Of a stretch of DNA of 64,000 nucleotides, positions 1-13,700 are shown piece after piece. The stretch is from NCBI GenBank assembly GCA_002269645.1, contig NIVC01003336.1, positions 1-64,000 on the forward strand. The letters run 5' to 3'. The notes below the pieces were generated by a model that worked only from the letters and a program-made list of their open reading frames with translations, was not told the origin of the DNA and did no database searches. Origin of the DNA: Macrostomum lignano (Eukaryota). The position numbers and the translations under genes are program-made. The first letter of the stretch is position 1, and each line of letters opens with the position of its first letter.

Positions 1-1544
1 GTGAGTTCTCATAAGCCAAACACCCTTTGGTCAATCCTCAGTCAATTGGGCCACAGATTTAAGCACCGACCCATTGCACTCAGATTGCCTTAATTTTTTA
101 CTTACTATATTTGAGTTGTCTGTTTTTTTGTCTCACTGTGCATGCTTGTTGATGATTTTCAGTGTTTTTGTCAACTGTATTGTCTATTTATTAATATTAA
201 TATCTATCATAATGTCCCTGACTGTGCTATAGTGTAATGTGTCATAGAAAGAACTATTGCCATAATTATAAATGCAACTTTTTTCATATTTCTTTAAAAT
301 CCTGACTACATGTTCTTAGTAGTTTTGATGCCCGATGGATCTAACTGTTTCAATTGATTATAAACAATTCTTTATGTAATATCTGTACGTGTGTGCGCCT
401 TCTAACTGGCTATGCCGTTGGCTCTAACAGTTTCAACTTATAAATGCAGCTGGGATGGCCACCTGTTCAAATCGTGCTTTATGCGCTTGCTAGAATAATT
501 CAGTAAGCTATAAGTAATTGCTGTTTCAAGTCGCAAGTCTATCATCTCTTCTCTGTGTTCTCCTCTATTATCAACATGAATGCTGATTAAGCGACATTCA
601 GCACCCCCCCCCCTGTGTGTGCGTGCATTGCGACTTGGCATTGCTGATCCATTTTAGCAGAAAGAGGCACCGATTGCACAACAAACGACACCCGTTTCCT
701 CCCCTCCGAAATGGCAGAGACCGCCGAGGACCCGCCAAGAAATTGGACGACATGCCCTCAACGGCAGTCTGATAGTTTAATATGCTGCGGGACCAGTCCT
801 GTTATTCATTATAATCATATTAGTAAAGTAGTAAGATAGGGGAGTAAGCATAGTATGTATAAATTGTATATGTAAAATTCTTATTTAGTCAGCGCCTCAA
901 GCATCTATCTGACTTTTCTTTCCTGTCTTCATATCTTGAAATTCAGAAGCTGCGCAATGAATTCCAGAGTGAATCTATATGATTATATAATTATTACATA
1001 TTTGAGGTGTCATTTTTATTTGTAATTTAAATATTGTTATGCCTAGTCGCCTAGCAAATGTGTCTGAGTGCAATAAGTTTAGCTCTATTTTTAGCTCCTG
1101 CTCTCTGTCTCAGATTATATCGATCTATTTATCATTTCTCACTTTCTGTCACTATCTTTTTGTTCTGTTTGGGCTAGGAGGGGCAAATATGTTTTTTTAG
1201 GATCTATAAGCACGCACACACAGGCAGCGTAACAGGCCTGGTTCCGCCTTGCAAATTACTTGATCGAGTGATCTTTTGCAAGATCAGGTAGGCCGCCAAC
1301 CATAAACAGCCTTTTAACCCTGACAGGGGGGACATAATAAAATATTTAAAATCGACAACCCGCATGCCAGTTAATGTTGTGGCGCTTTTTATGTTTGCAA
1401 CATATTTTTTTCATTGCTATATACAATATTTCCTCAGTCTTCACTTCTTTGACTTTGCACACAGGTTTTTTTGTTGCTATTCGTGTGTGTGTTTTCCTAT
1501 AGACGATTTCCTAGAGAGCTGCTATTGCATTGTGCTTTAAAATT

Positions 1545-2750
1545 GATCAGATGATCAATTTGGCCGCAGTCAGACTAATAGATAATAGAGCTATGTACAG
1601 TAAAAATGATCACGTGATCGATTCAGCCGCAGTCATGGACTAATAAGATAAGTAATAGAGCTATGTACAGTCAAAATGATCACGTGATCAATTCATCTAC
1701 AGTCATAGACTAATAGATAAGTAATGGAGCCATGTACAGTAAAAATGATCACGTGATCGATTCAGCCGCAGTCATGGACTAATAAGATAAGTAATGGAGC
1801 TATGTACAGTCAAAATGATCACGTGATCAATTTATCTACAGTCATAGACTAATAGATAAGTAATGGAGTCATGTACAGTCAAAATGATCACGTGATCAAT
1901 TCAGCCGCAACCGTAGACTAATAGATAAGTAATGGAGCCATGTACAGTAAAAATGATCACGTGATCAATTCAGCCGCAACCGTAGACTAATAGATAAGTA
2001 ATGGAGCCATGTACAGTAAAAATGATCACGTGATCGATTCAGCCGCAGTCATGGACTAATAGATAAGTAATGGAGCCATGTACAGTAAAAATGATCACGT
2101 GATCGATTCAGCCGCAGTCATGGACTAATAGATAAGTAATGGAGCCATGTACAGTAAAAATGATCACGTGATCAATTCAGCCGCAACCGTAGACTAATAG
2201 ATAAGTAATGGAGCCATGTACAGTAAAAATGATCACGTGATCAATTCAGCCGCAACCGTAGACTAATAGATAAGTAATGGAGCCATGTACAGTAAAAATG
2301 ATCACGTGATCGATTCAGCCGCAGTCATGGACTAATAGATAAGTAATGGAGCTATGTACAGTCAAAATGATCACGTGATCAATTCAGCCGCAACCGTAGA
2401 CTAATAGATAAGTAATGGAGCCATGTACAGTAAAAATGATCACGTGATCGATTCAGCCGCAGTCATGGACTAATAAGATAAGTAATGGAGCTATGTACAG
2501 TCAAAATGATCACGTGATCAATTTATCTACAGTCATAGACTAATAGATAAGTAATGGAGTCATGTACAGTCAAAATGATCACGTGATCAATTCAGCCGCA
2601 ACCGTAGACTAATAGATAAGTAATGGAGCCATGTACAGTCAAAATGATCACGTGATCGATTCAGCCGCAGTCATAGAATAATAGATGAGTCATGGTGCCA
2701 TGTCCAGCCAAAATGATCACGTGATCGATTCAGTTTTAGCTAATAGATAA
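1545..2750. repeat. 69-bp minisatellite, ~17 copies, each with the 14-bp palindrome TGATCACGTGATCA
   Basis: Unit ATGTACAGTAAAAATGATCACGTGATCAATTCAGCCGCAACCGTAGACTAATAGATAAGTAATGGAGCC. Period measured 1871 to 1940. Confidence 0.95.
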
Positions 2751-4802
2751 TGTAATTTTGCAGCTTAATTGTGTCAAGCACTTTTAGAGGCATTATTAAT
2801 ATTAGTTACGTGTGTATATGTATATATAATTCTGTCTGTTTCGTGAGAGCTTTCTTTCTTAATCAAGAGTTTTGTGCTGGGGGCAGTTTGCATGCCACTT
2901 TTCCTCTTTGTGTCTCAATAAATTCTTTTTTCGTTTTATTGAAAAAGTTCTTAATGCATCTGTCTGCATATACCGTACAATAACTTAGCCACTATTGTAT
3001 TCAATGCAAAGGTCGATCTGAAAATATTTTGAAATAGTTCAATATTGCGTGTTCGAAAATCATGATTTTCCTGTTTGACTTTGATCATAAAAAACAATTA
3101 TGAATTGCGTGCACCAGTGACTGCCGTGTGGTTGTGATTATAGCGTTAGTTGCTATGGGGGTCAAGGGCGGGCGAAACATTTTTTGATTGACAACTGTTT
3201 TTAATCTCTGGGCTGTATCCGGTTACTCAAACATGAGCATTCAGCAATATTTATAAATATCCCTGAGAACTATACCAACTTGCAAGTAGCATAGCAGAAG
3301 ATTATGTAAGAAACTCATTACCGTTCTAGCAAAAAATTTATAGTGCACCACTACACTGTAAATTACTGTTTTCCGGTGTATGCCTTCGTTATTAAGGCAT
3401 CCATATTTCCTTTTTTTGTATTTTCAGTAGTTTGACCGCGCATTTCTAGTAAACTGATATGCATTTAAATTTTACTAATTGATTTATTTCTGAACTGGCC
3501 CGCAGGACGCCTACGAGGCCAGCGCACCAGGCAAGAAGCCCGTGACAGTTCAGGGTGACAGTTCAGCTTTTCCTGAGCACGTTTAACATAATTAAAATCT
3601 GCGTTCATCTGCGCTCTAGCAGTAATTTGCAATCTGCAAAATTGGGGCAGATTGTCAATAGAATTTGAATAGATTGAAGGCTGCGGCCGCATGTGTGCGT
3701 GTTTGGTTTGCATTCCAGAGTGTGTTGCTGTCTCTCTGAATAGAACAGCTAGTTATATTTATATACTACTTATAGCCGAACAAACATTTTAGCAGGCTGC
3801 AAAGCAAAAATAGCAATGCAAAACCGATCAAATGCTTTGATTACTGCTATTTTTCTATTTAAAAATGTCTTGTAAAAAAAACAAAAAAATGATGTTTCAA
3901 TAAAAACTGCTTTTAATAATTTGCCAGTTAACCGCCCGCCTCAGCTAGTCTTTAATTTAAGTGAACAAAGACTGTTTGCCCCTCCCCAGGGCCTTGGAAT
4001 CTGACAGCACAATGTATATTTAAGATTTATTAGTTGCTATTTTTCTGCAACAAAGACTGACAATTTTAACTATAACCCTTCTGCGCGTCATTGAGCCATC
4101 TGTAAATGTGCTCAGGTTTGAGTAAGAATCTATTTACAATATGAAATTGCGGTCGCATTTTCCCTCCTATGCCCCTGCAAAGTTATTGCTGATTAATTTG
4201 ATCTACTGTTACTAATTTACTCCGATGACAAGCTGATTGGCAGCGCAATTCCTGACGAAACTGCCGCAACCCCGTATTTCCGTGTTAAAAAACTAACAAC
4301 TCATTAAATTCCTTATTTTTTAGTGACCACCTGATTCTTCACTTGTAAATAAAACAATTTTTGCATGTGATTTTTTTTTAATAATATGCTCTGGACACAG
4401 TGAATCGTTTTATTAAATTTAGACTCGTATTAATCACCGAAATCTGATTATATTAACATTGTGTTGTGTTGGCGCACTTTTATGTACTTCGAGTTTTTTC
4501 TCATTTTTATTCTTCTCTGTAGCAGCGCAACTTATTTCGCTTTATTATTGTATTATGTAAACATTTTTTCGTCAATATATACCTCTAATCAGCGTGTGAT
4601 CCTACCCGAAGTTCTTAGAACGCTTGTACTTACATTTACTTACTGTAGTGTTGTATCTGTGTTCAATAACAAGCCTCTCTCAGGTCTCTAAAATGTATTA
4701 GCAGCATAACTTAGTGATTTATCATTGCCGATCTTATCCTGTTAATTAAGCTTATTGAGATGTTTTAATTAAACTTATAATTCTACTCACATTCATGTAG
4801 AG

Positions 4803-4883
4803 CAGGGGTCGTCCCAAAATCTTAACAGCCATGAGCAATACTCTCCATCTGGCCCTTGGGGTAAGAAAGCTTGCCGATCATTG
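4803..4883. mobile_element. Possible deleted remnant of the hAT-like MITE family found at 22964 and 63233
   Basis: Starts CAGGGGTCG. Contains ATCTGGCCCTT..GTAAGAAA, which matches the right end of the 22964-23715 element. No convincing TSD. Confidence 0.3.
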
Positions 4884-5978
4884 CTGCAGAATGTCAATGT
4901 TGTCATGTAGTTTAAACAGTATATTTAACACCTGATAGTGTGTCATTATTTACCTTTTTTTCTCAGCTTATACATTGCTTTAGGTCGCTTTGTTCGATGC
5001 TTGTAGTTTGCCTGCTGCGATTGCACTGCTATTTTGTTATAACAAACTGACCGACTGGTTCCTCTACTGCACTGCTGCTGTCTTCATGTGTTTTTTTATT
5101 TCTCTTTTTTCTTATCTGAAGTCAATTTTAGTGCGTTTTTTTCTAAATGATAATTTCAGAGCCCAATTCTTGTCCTCTCGCCCTGTCAGTGCGGTGGAAA
5201 TAAATATTCTATATTTCGTCAACTGACGCAATGATTACAACGCTTCTTCTGTTTTTCCAAAGTTCTCGAGTTTTATTTGTGTCGCCTCGCCTCCCCCTCG
5301 TTTCCGCGTCTTTATATAATAAGGCTTTGAAAAATTATAAAGGTAAAAAATGAAACTGGACTCACCAAGTAATGCTCCAGCAAAAATAACGACAATAATT
5401 TGTGTCGCGTTTGTTGTGTCCCATCGATCCATATCGCAGTTGCTGTTTTTCAAAAATTAGTTTGTACTTTACTGTTTTGCTGCGGTGGAAGGGGCTAATA
5501 ATACTTCGACGATGTGAAGCATGAAGTTTAGACTAAAAATTTTTCTACCAAGCAATTTCTAACATCGGGAGAGAAAGATAGTCTGCATCACAACTTTGAA
5601 GGTCCGTTGCAAAAACTTGGGCAATTCTTAATGCTCTCAAACTTTTACTGCCTCATTATTTAACAACCAATTCTTCAAGTAGAAACTCTGAGTTTGAGTT
5701 GAAGTGTGGAGAAATTATTTAACGTTGAAGCGAGCCCTCACTTTTTTAAATCAATGGATAAAGTCACCGGAATGTGAAAGTATAGGCCTCAGATACTTAA
5801 ATAACCACGTCATTGGCAATTAAGTTGTAAAAAAGTTAAGAGCTCTTTTTCAAATTTCTTTTCCTTGCTCAGGGTTTGCAGCCTCAAGGAGATAGCATGG
5901 GGTTAAGAATGAACAAGTTTAACTTGACTCGAAATAACTTAACTTAATTTAACTCGACGCACCAAATTAGTGAACGCA

Positions 5979-6207
5979 AGACGGACGAAACTCATCCTAG
6001 GGGGCAGGCCCTGTCTAGCTCAGCCAATGAGAGAGCAGTAAGGAGAGAAGTGAAAGTCAGACGGACAAAACTCATCCTAGGAGGCAGGCCCTGTCTAGCT
6101 CAGCCAATGAGAGAGCAGTAAGGAGAGAAGTGAAAGTCAGACGGACGAAACTCATCCTAGGGGGCAGGCCCTGTCTAGCTCAGCCAATGAGAGAGCAGTA
6201 AGGAGAG
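5979..6207. repeat. 80-bp tandem triplication (2.9 copies), each copy with a CCAAT box
   Basis: AGACGGACGAAACTCATCCTAGGGGGCAGGCCCTGTCTAGCTCAGCCAATGAGAGAGCAG... starts at 5979, 6059 and 6139. Confidence 0.9.
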
Positions 6208-7540
6208 GTCAAGTTCTCTCTTGCTCGCACGCACAGGATTTTGGTGCAGCTTCAAAATCTTAAAGTTGGAAAATTTGTTTAAAAACTTTTTAATTTGGGG
6301 AAGATTTGAGAAAAAATTGGGGAAGAGGATTTAGGAGCTTTCTAAAACAAAAAACAAAAGCGAAGCAATGCAACGAAGATAATATTTTACCCGACCTTTA
6401 GTGTATTCAGTCTAATACACGTAGAAGTTCCAACAATAAAAGAACAGCTCTCTACGTATCGTTTAGCCTGTATATTTATCAACCAGCATAGACTAGTGGT
6501 GAAACTGAAGCGATACGCACGTGTATTAGTATATTTAATTACTAATTTTAATGAATTGGCCGAACAATTTTACGAAGGCGATAAAACGTTTAGAATGCAG
6601 AAAATAATGTGGCAAAGTCAGACGCAGGAACAGTTGCCAATATTATGATTGTTTTACTCACCAAGACGCTACAAACTCAATTGAACGAATCCAGTAATCC
6701 AATATAATGAGAACAGTGACAAAAGGGAAGGCTAACTCAACAACAATGGCAGCTCGAAGTTCAAAAAGCGAGAAAATTATATTCTTCCCACCAAAACGAA
6801 TGGAACAAAGCAAAATACGAGATACTACTTACTAATAAGTAGCTTAAGTAGCGTAACAATCAAATTTAAATAATCCAAAGGGGGCGATTTGAATAAAGCA
6901 ATATAAACAGTCGTTTTGATTTTTGTTCTGAAGTTGTTTAAAAATACTATCATAACAAGAATAGAGGCAGTAAACAACAGTTAAGACCATTTTGATTTGT
7001 TGACCAAAGAATGAGGAATCAGATAAATAGATTAAGATAAAGCGGCCAGATAAAAGCCAAACAGCAATTTTCTAAAACACAGTGAAACCGAATGACGTAG
7101 GCGGCACATCTGGAGGGAATTCGGGGCAGAAAGAAAACTAGACTGCTATTAGGCGGGCGGGCAAGCAGAAAGAAGATTACAAAGCAGAAATATATATATA
7201 TATATATATGACCAGAAGCGGCTGCCACACACGGAGAGAAAAATTGCCACTTCATTCACTTCAACAATGTAGAGAGCATTTAATAGTAAATTTAAATAAA
7301 GTACATTCACCAGTTCCATTTGTACTTTTAATTGGAAGCGGCTTCTTAGATTAAGGGATAGTATAACAAATAAGTGCAAAAACTGCTAATAATACGATCA
7401 TTGTTTCAGCATGGACAACAGTCTATTTAATGATTACATTCACTAAGCCCTTGGCAGTTTAGATAAAAATTCTAAGTAACAGAGTCAAAACTAGGAGATT
7501 TGATGGCCAACAACAACCAAGCCAGTCTTTATCCAGTTTG

Positions 7541-9586
7541 TCAGATCCCGGAAGTGCCAGTTCCATGCTTCCGGTCGGGAAAGAAGCTGCGCAAGACCAG
7601 CACCTCGGAGACGCCAATGATCACTATGACAACGGATTCTAGCACTGACCAGAGGCTGACTCGGTCGTTCAGATCTTCTGCAAACATTCTGCCGCTGGCT
7701 TCATTGAGCCGGAAATGGGTCTGATAGTCGGTGACGACTTTCAAGGATTCGTGAATGGCCATAGCCGAGGTCTCCAGTTGTGAGTGGACGCTCGGCTTGT
7801 CGTCGCCAGCAACCAGCGGCTTCTCTTTGCCGCTGCTAAAATCGATGTAGACTAGCTTGTGCGTGAATGTGGAGAACTCGTTAGAGAAGCAGGCCTTGTA
7901 GACGCCAGCTTTTTCAACAGTGAAATGATAGCTATCGTACTGCTTCTTCTGGCCAGTGTAAACTGATTCGTCGCTGGGTCCAAATAGTTGCACATCTACG
8001 TCGTAGTTGCCTCCCGAGATTACCTGGCAATATGGATTAGCTTATAATGCTATATTTTAGAGTTTAAAGTTCATTTGATTTTCCTCGGTGAAATAGCACT
8101 TAATGAATCGCATGTTGGTCCCTCAGGGCTAGCAATTTTTCATGCACTGCTTCAGTTCCTTGACCATTATACAATAAAAATTTCCAGTGAAAAACTGAGA
8201 ATGAAAATTCAACTATGTTAGATGTTTTGAGATCTACTGCTGTAACCTTTGTTAAAACAGTTACTAAATCAGTCAGTGCTACTGACCCTGATGAATTTAA
8301 TAGCAATGAGGTTTTGTGTCTACTAACCTAGGTGCTTTTCATAGAAATGCTAGGCTTAAGGATTGAATCATTTAATGCTAAGCTCTATAATAGCCTAATT
8401 AGGCAGTGCATCTCTTCAGATCATGGCTTGTCTTTTCTAATCTAAGTGGATATAAGATTTCTTTGAAAACTGGAATGCTAGGGACCTAAGCATTGTATCT
8501 ACTTTAATAGAGTAATTAAGTTGTTAATGTTAACTATATTTTTTTTAATTTTGTGGCACTAATATTCAATTTAAAAAAATAGTCTATTTAAAATTGAATG
8601 ATTCTAGAAAATTCAAAACCCCTCAGCTGAGCCATCTCAACTTAATAAAAAAAAACTATTTTTAATTATTAAATTATTTTTTTCAATGAACTATTATATT
8701 TTAAGCATCAAAAACTTTTTTACATCTATATAACATTTGTCAAAGTTTTATAAAAGTGTCTGTTTATTTACTTTTTGTTCATTTTCATTTCTATGACTTG
8801 GTTTTTAGGTAGACCTACAATGCATATTTTTTATCAACTCCAATTTAGTATTTTCAAGTTCTAAGACTACTTTATTATTTAGTCATTATGCCTAGATTTA
8901 TTATTATCAACTAGGCTAATAACATGACAATAAATAAACAGTATATACTCATTAACATTGAAAAGTTGCCACTCTATGTGCCAGTGAGCAATTTTTCTTG
9001 GACTATTCTGAAATAAGATATAAAAAAACTGATCAGGGTAGCTTTAATCTAGCCTATCTAACCTTTGTATACCATTCCCACCACTTTATTTCTCAACTCA
9101 AATCTCCCATAGCATCACTTGCAAAGATTGAGAGACTACCTGCACTCTTAAACGTCGCGACCACAGGTAGAATCTTCTGTGATGAGTGATGGCAACTTTT
9201 CAATGTTGTTGAGTATGGCCATGGGTATAATTCCTAAAAGAAAAATTTAGGATCTAAAATGGCTTAGCTTGATTAAAACTTTTTAATTGATCTACTATCA
9301 AATATTTTTAAATACAAGTACATTTGTTACATTTACTCTAATTCTAAGACAATGGCTATAGTATGAGAGTCATGAGTATGTTATAATTAAGAAAATCAAT
9401 TTTAAGCCAGGTGATACTTACTTGAAATTCTAAATGAGCCTTTGAATTAAGTTCAAGGGTTTCGTAAAAACAGTCTTTTCTTTTGTCAGGCAGTTCAAAT
9501 GTTAACTCAGCAGCCTGAATTGAAGTCATTACAATGGCTGAATGGCAAATTATGAAAATGCTTAACACATTGTGCTTTGAGAACAT
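7541..9586 (-). CDS. TMED7: p24/emp24 (TMED) family cargo receptor, TMED7/TMED3-like, 2 exons, ~215 aa
   Basis: Exons are 9586..9422 (donor CAA|GTAAGT) and 8023..7541 (acceptor TTGCCAG|), phase 0. The protein has a signal peptide, GOLD domain (ELTFELPD..CFYE; LEFQV-ISGGNYDVD; KKQYDS; CFSNEFSTFTHKLVYIDF), coiled coil, C-terminal TM and FF motif. Confidence 0.93.
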
Positions 9587-10792
9587 GATAAAACGAGGTA
9601 AAGTCCGTCTATTAGATCAAAGTCTCAAAAAGCAATCGTGAATATGTTTTATAAAAGTCTGCGTTACGATAAATTATTGCATGTAAAGTGTCGAGTGGTA
9701 ATTTATTTTGTAATTGCCTTAGCTTTACCACCACAAACATGAACCTGAAAAAACTGAAAGCATTCGTAAATTTTCGTCTTGTAAGAAATTGAAATAAGGG
9801 ATTAAATGACGTTGCACATTCTAAAAACAAATGACGTTAAATGTTTGAAAAACTTGCATGCAAAGAGAACATTTTAAGTTAAAGACGAAACCCTTATTTT
9901 AGTAAATTTGCTGTCAAATCCTTTTCTTTGTTTTAGTTAAAAATTACAAAACCGAATCCTAACGGCACCTAATGTAATGCATAATTACCACTAATCTTGG
10001 TTGCGCTATCTGCCTCCTTTTACTACTTGATTGAAACTCTCGATAATAATAGATATCAACTAATTCTTAGCTTATACAGAAGCTATTTTTAGCTACGCTG
10101 TGGGCTGCTGCAGCCTGCAAGTAATAGGCTGGTACGCATAGCGAATATTCGTTCACTTTTCATCAATAATCCTTGTACTGACATTTGTAACTTACGTTCG
10201 TCACGTATACACAAATAAATATGTACGTTAGATGCAAGTATTATGTAGATACACCGTGAGTGTATTCTTTCTATGCCCATTGGACGGTTGAATTTGGATA
10301 TTTTTACATGTACAGTATGTTGTGCCAACAATGAATATAAACTCTAATGGACTACTCTTTCATTGTTGAATGCTGCTTAATTTTTGTTTTTAATTGAGTT
10401 GTGCGGGAGGCCTGCGTATACATGTGATTCTCTCAGCTGTAATTTTATGTGATAGTTTGAACATTTAAGCCACATTTAAGACACAAAGTTGATATTGAAA
10501 TTGTGTTTGTGACTTTAGTCTAATGACCTTTGCTCCTGTATCTGTTTTATAAGTACGTATACTAGACACGCGGCTATAAGCCCGCCCGAAATTTATATTT
10601 TATCGCTATAATTGAGCCGATGAGCTCTACACACAAGAGGCATTAACATTCTTTACAGTAATAGTATTTGACTCAGCATGGCAGTGTCAATGACATCAAT
10701 ATCTACTTACATGTAAAAAGAAATAGATATGAATACAATTTGAATCAAAACAAAATTCTCTTTGTCTATATAATATACATAAACTAACTATA

Positions 10793-13700
10793 TTACTTTT
10801 CTACTCGAATTTCTCCATTCGAATTCCCATTGGCCACTTCTGCAATTCCATGGTCAACATGGGACTCGTCGCAAGCATCCTCGCTGATTCTAATCGTCGG
10901 CACCAGATTTTTCCCTGCCCCGTCTGCACCACCGCATCCATCGCTTGCGGGCAGAAGTCTTCCTGCGAAAGCCTCTTGATCTTTTACGTCAACATTGTCG
11001 CGTGTGACCAGCCGCTCCAGGAATAGCACAACACTTGCACAGATCATGCAGAGGCCAGCTATGGCGAAGCTATACTTGAATGTACCCGTTCGGTCTTTTA
11101 GGTAGCCTGTAGTTGCAGTGAGATATAGGTACATGGTAGCTTTAAACACAAGGACTTAATAAAATACCGAGAAAAAATTGTCCTTAAACATAGAAACTTT
11201 AAATGATCTAGAAACCTTATCTATATGTCGACTATTTCAATTTACGAGCATAGCTCTTCGTTGTCATTTCCTCGTGCGAGTCAGACAGGCATTGATCATG
11301 CATCTGTATTAAACTAGAAAAACCACTTACCAAGGAGCGTCTGGCCGGGAAAAGTGGACAGAGTCCAAGACGAACAGACAATGGAGTGGACAATGCTGAG
11401 GTTGACGATTCCGACAAACAGTACTAGAATGCTGGTCACTATGCTCATGTACACGCCGCCTGAGGCGCCAGCCAGCACCGCATAGGCCGCAAACAGGACT
11501 GTCCGGTTGGTTGGGTCGGTCAGACTGACCGAACAGAAGGCGGTGAAAATGCAGACGACGCCCATGATGGTCATGCCGAAGATGGCGATGCTGGACTTGC
11601 GCCACCAGGAGAACCGGTCGGAGAGGCAGCCGGTGAGGACTCGGGCAACCAGGTCTGATAGGCCTGAACAATTCGGGCACAGTTAGGTTTACCAGTTCTC
11701 AATAAGCTAATGAATTTGCAGCAAAGTCTGCCGCGAATCCAGGCGACTTTTGAGTAGTGTCTAGCAAAGAGGCGGTTATAGTTATGTCAAATTTTTCTGA
11801 GGTTAGTTAGTTAGTTGGTTGGTTGGTTGGTTGGTTGGTTGGTTGGTTGGTTGGTTGGTTGGTTGGTTGGTTGGTTGGTTGGTTGGTTGGTTGGTTGGTT
11901 GGTTGGTTGGTTGGTTGGTTGGTTGGTTGGTTGGTTGGTTGGTTGGTTGGTTGGTTGGTTGGTTGGTTGGTTGGTTGGTTGGTTGGTTGGTTGGTTGGTT
12001 GGTTGGTTGGTTGGTTGGTTGGTTGGTTGGTTGGTTGGTTGGTTGGTTGGTTGGTTGGTTGGTTGGTTGGTTGGTTGGTTGGTTGGTTGGTTGGTTGGTT
12101 GGTTGGTTGGTTGGTTGGTTGGTTGGTTGGTTGGTTGGTTGGTTGGTTGGTTGGTTGGTTGGTTGGTTGGTTGGTTGGTTGGTTGGTTGGTTGGTTGGTT
12201 GGTTGGTTGGTTGGTTGGTTGGTTGGTTGGTTGGTTGGTTGGTTGGTTGGTTGGTTGGTTGGTTGGTTGGTTGGTTGGTTGGTTGGTTGGTTGGTTGGTT
12301 GGTTGGTTGGTTGGTTGGTTGGTTGGTTGGTTGGTTGGTTGGTTGGTTGGTTGGTTGGTTGGTTGGTTGGTTGGTTGGTTGGTTGGTTGGTTTGTTTATT
12401 ACAGTTAATTAGAGGGGATTATTATAGTTAATTACAGGGGATTGGCTTTTGGGTACTGCTGAAAATCAAGGGGTCATGCACATTTCGGTGATCTTCTGTG
12501 CACGCACGCTCACGCGGGTACGAGCTACATGTACGTACGCAGACATGCGCTCAAGCAGGATGTACAACCCCCAGACCTTTTCATCAACAGGCATGAACAC
12601 ACACACTCTCTCTCCCTTTCTCCCTCTCTCTTCAAAGCATTATTGCAGAGCAGTAGGCCGCTAAACCAACTCACCGCTAACTGCCACCAGCACGGCAGTG
12701 GTGCTGGTGGGCACGGCGAATTCGGCCAGGAACAGCGGATACACAACGTACTGCGTTGTGAAGCCCAGATTAGACAGCATGGTGGCTACAATGTAGATCA
12801 ATGTCAGGATGCGCTGACTTCGGGACAGACTGGCTAAGCGGCCGCGTGCCGAGCTGTCGTGCCGCTGACGGCCAGGTTGACCATCGGAGCACGAATATCT
12901 GCCAGTTGAGGATCTGCTTCTGAAGGAAAGCAACCGCGGATGCTTCAGATAAAGATTAAAGATTGGTTTTAGCTGTCGTTAACTTATTTCCTATCTAACA
13001 TCAGACGTAGACATGAAGAGATCGGGGAATCCGGATTCTTTAAGAACCCTTGAAATGCAGTCCCAATTCTATTTGCAGACATTCGAAAGGCCGGTGTACA
13101 TTAAGGAGTAACTATAGAATGATTTAGCAAAATAAAACATTGCTCGGTTTGAGGTTGGGGCAGACAGTAAACCCACCAGCCAATCAAATTGCACCTAAAT
13201 GTTCTTGCGCTAAAAATGATAAGACTAGCGTAGTTCTAATAAATTTCTAAAAATAGTTCAGCGTACGATGGTGTACAAGTGTACATTTAGTGCACTCTAT
13301 TCTTGTGCTATCTTGCAAACGTGCGTACATTGTTTCTAAAAATAGCTTCTACGAGATTTATAACCCTATGCTTTATATATTACCACAAATGGCTTAAAAA
13401 TAACAAAGACAACATCTAGTGGTCCTTGGTTAAAGATTGCTCAAATAAATGTACATTTGGTTGCTAATACTAATAGTAATTGTAGAAAGGTTGTGAGGGC
13501 TGTCCCACAACCAGGCCCGAGGCAATGTACAGTTGGTTCAGACCAATTTAAAAATTGATTTGAGCAATCTTTCGCTCGTGGAGCCATACTGGCAGTTAAG
13601 TGAAGCGGCCTTAATGGACGCGTACCTTGCACCACCTGGCTTAGCCGACGGAGTTGGACAGCCGGCCAGTTCGCCAAACCTGCTGCCAAACTGCGAAGAA

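Noticed and set aside
1-1500. Coding or retroelement sequence at the window start
   Set aside because: AT-rich, only a short motif-less ORF, and no family could be recognised.
5979-6207. Tandem hammerhead ribozyme (GGACGAAAC present)
   Set aside because: No CTGANGA core in a suitable position on either strand, and no stems I-III could be built.
11802-11814. Telomeric repeat or chromosome end
   Set aside because: Units are GTTA/TTGG, not TTAGGG, and they lie inside an intron.
11815-12431. ORFs (VGWL)n
   Set aside because: Translation of the TTGG microsatellite inside an intron.
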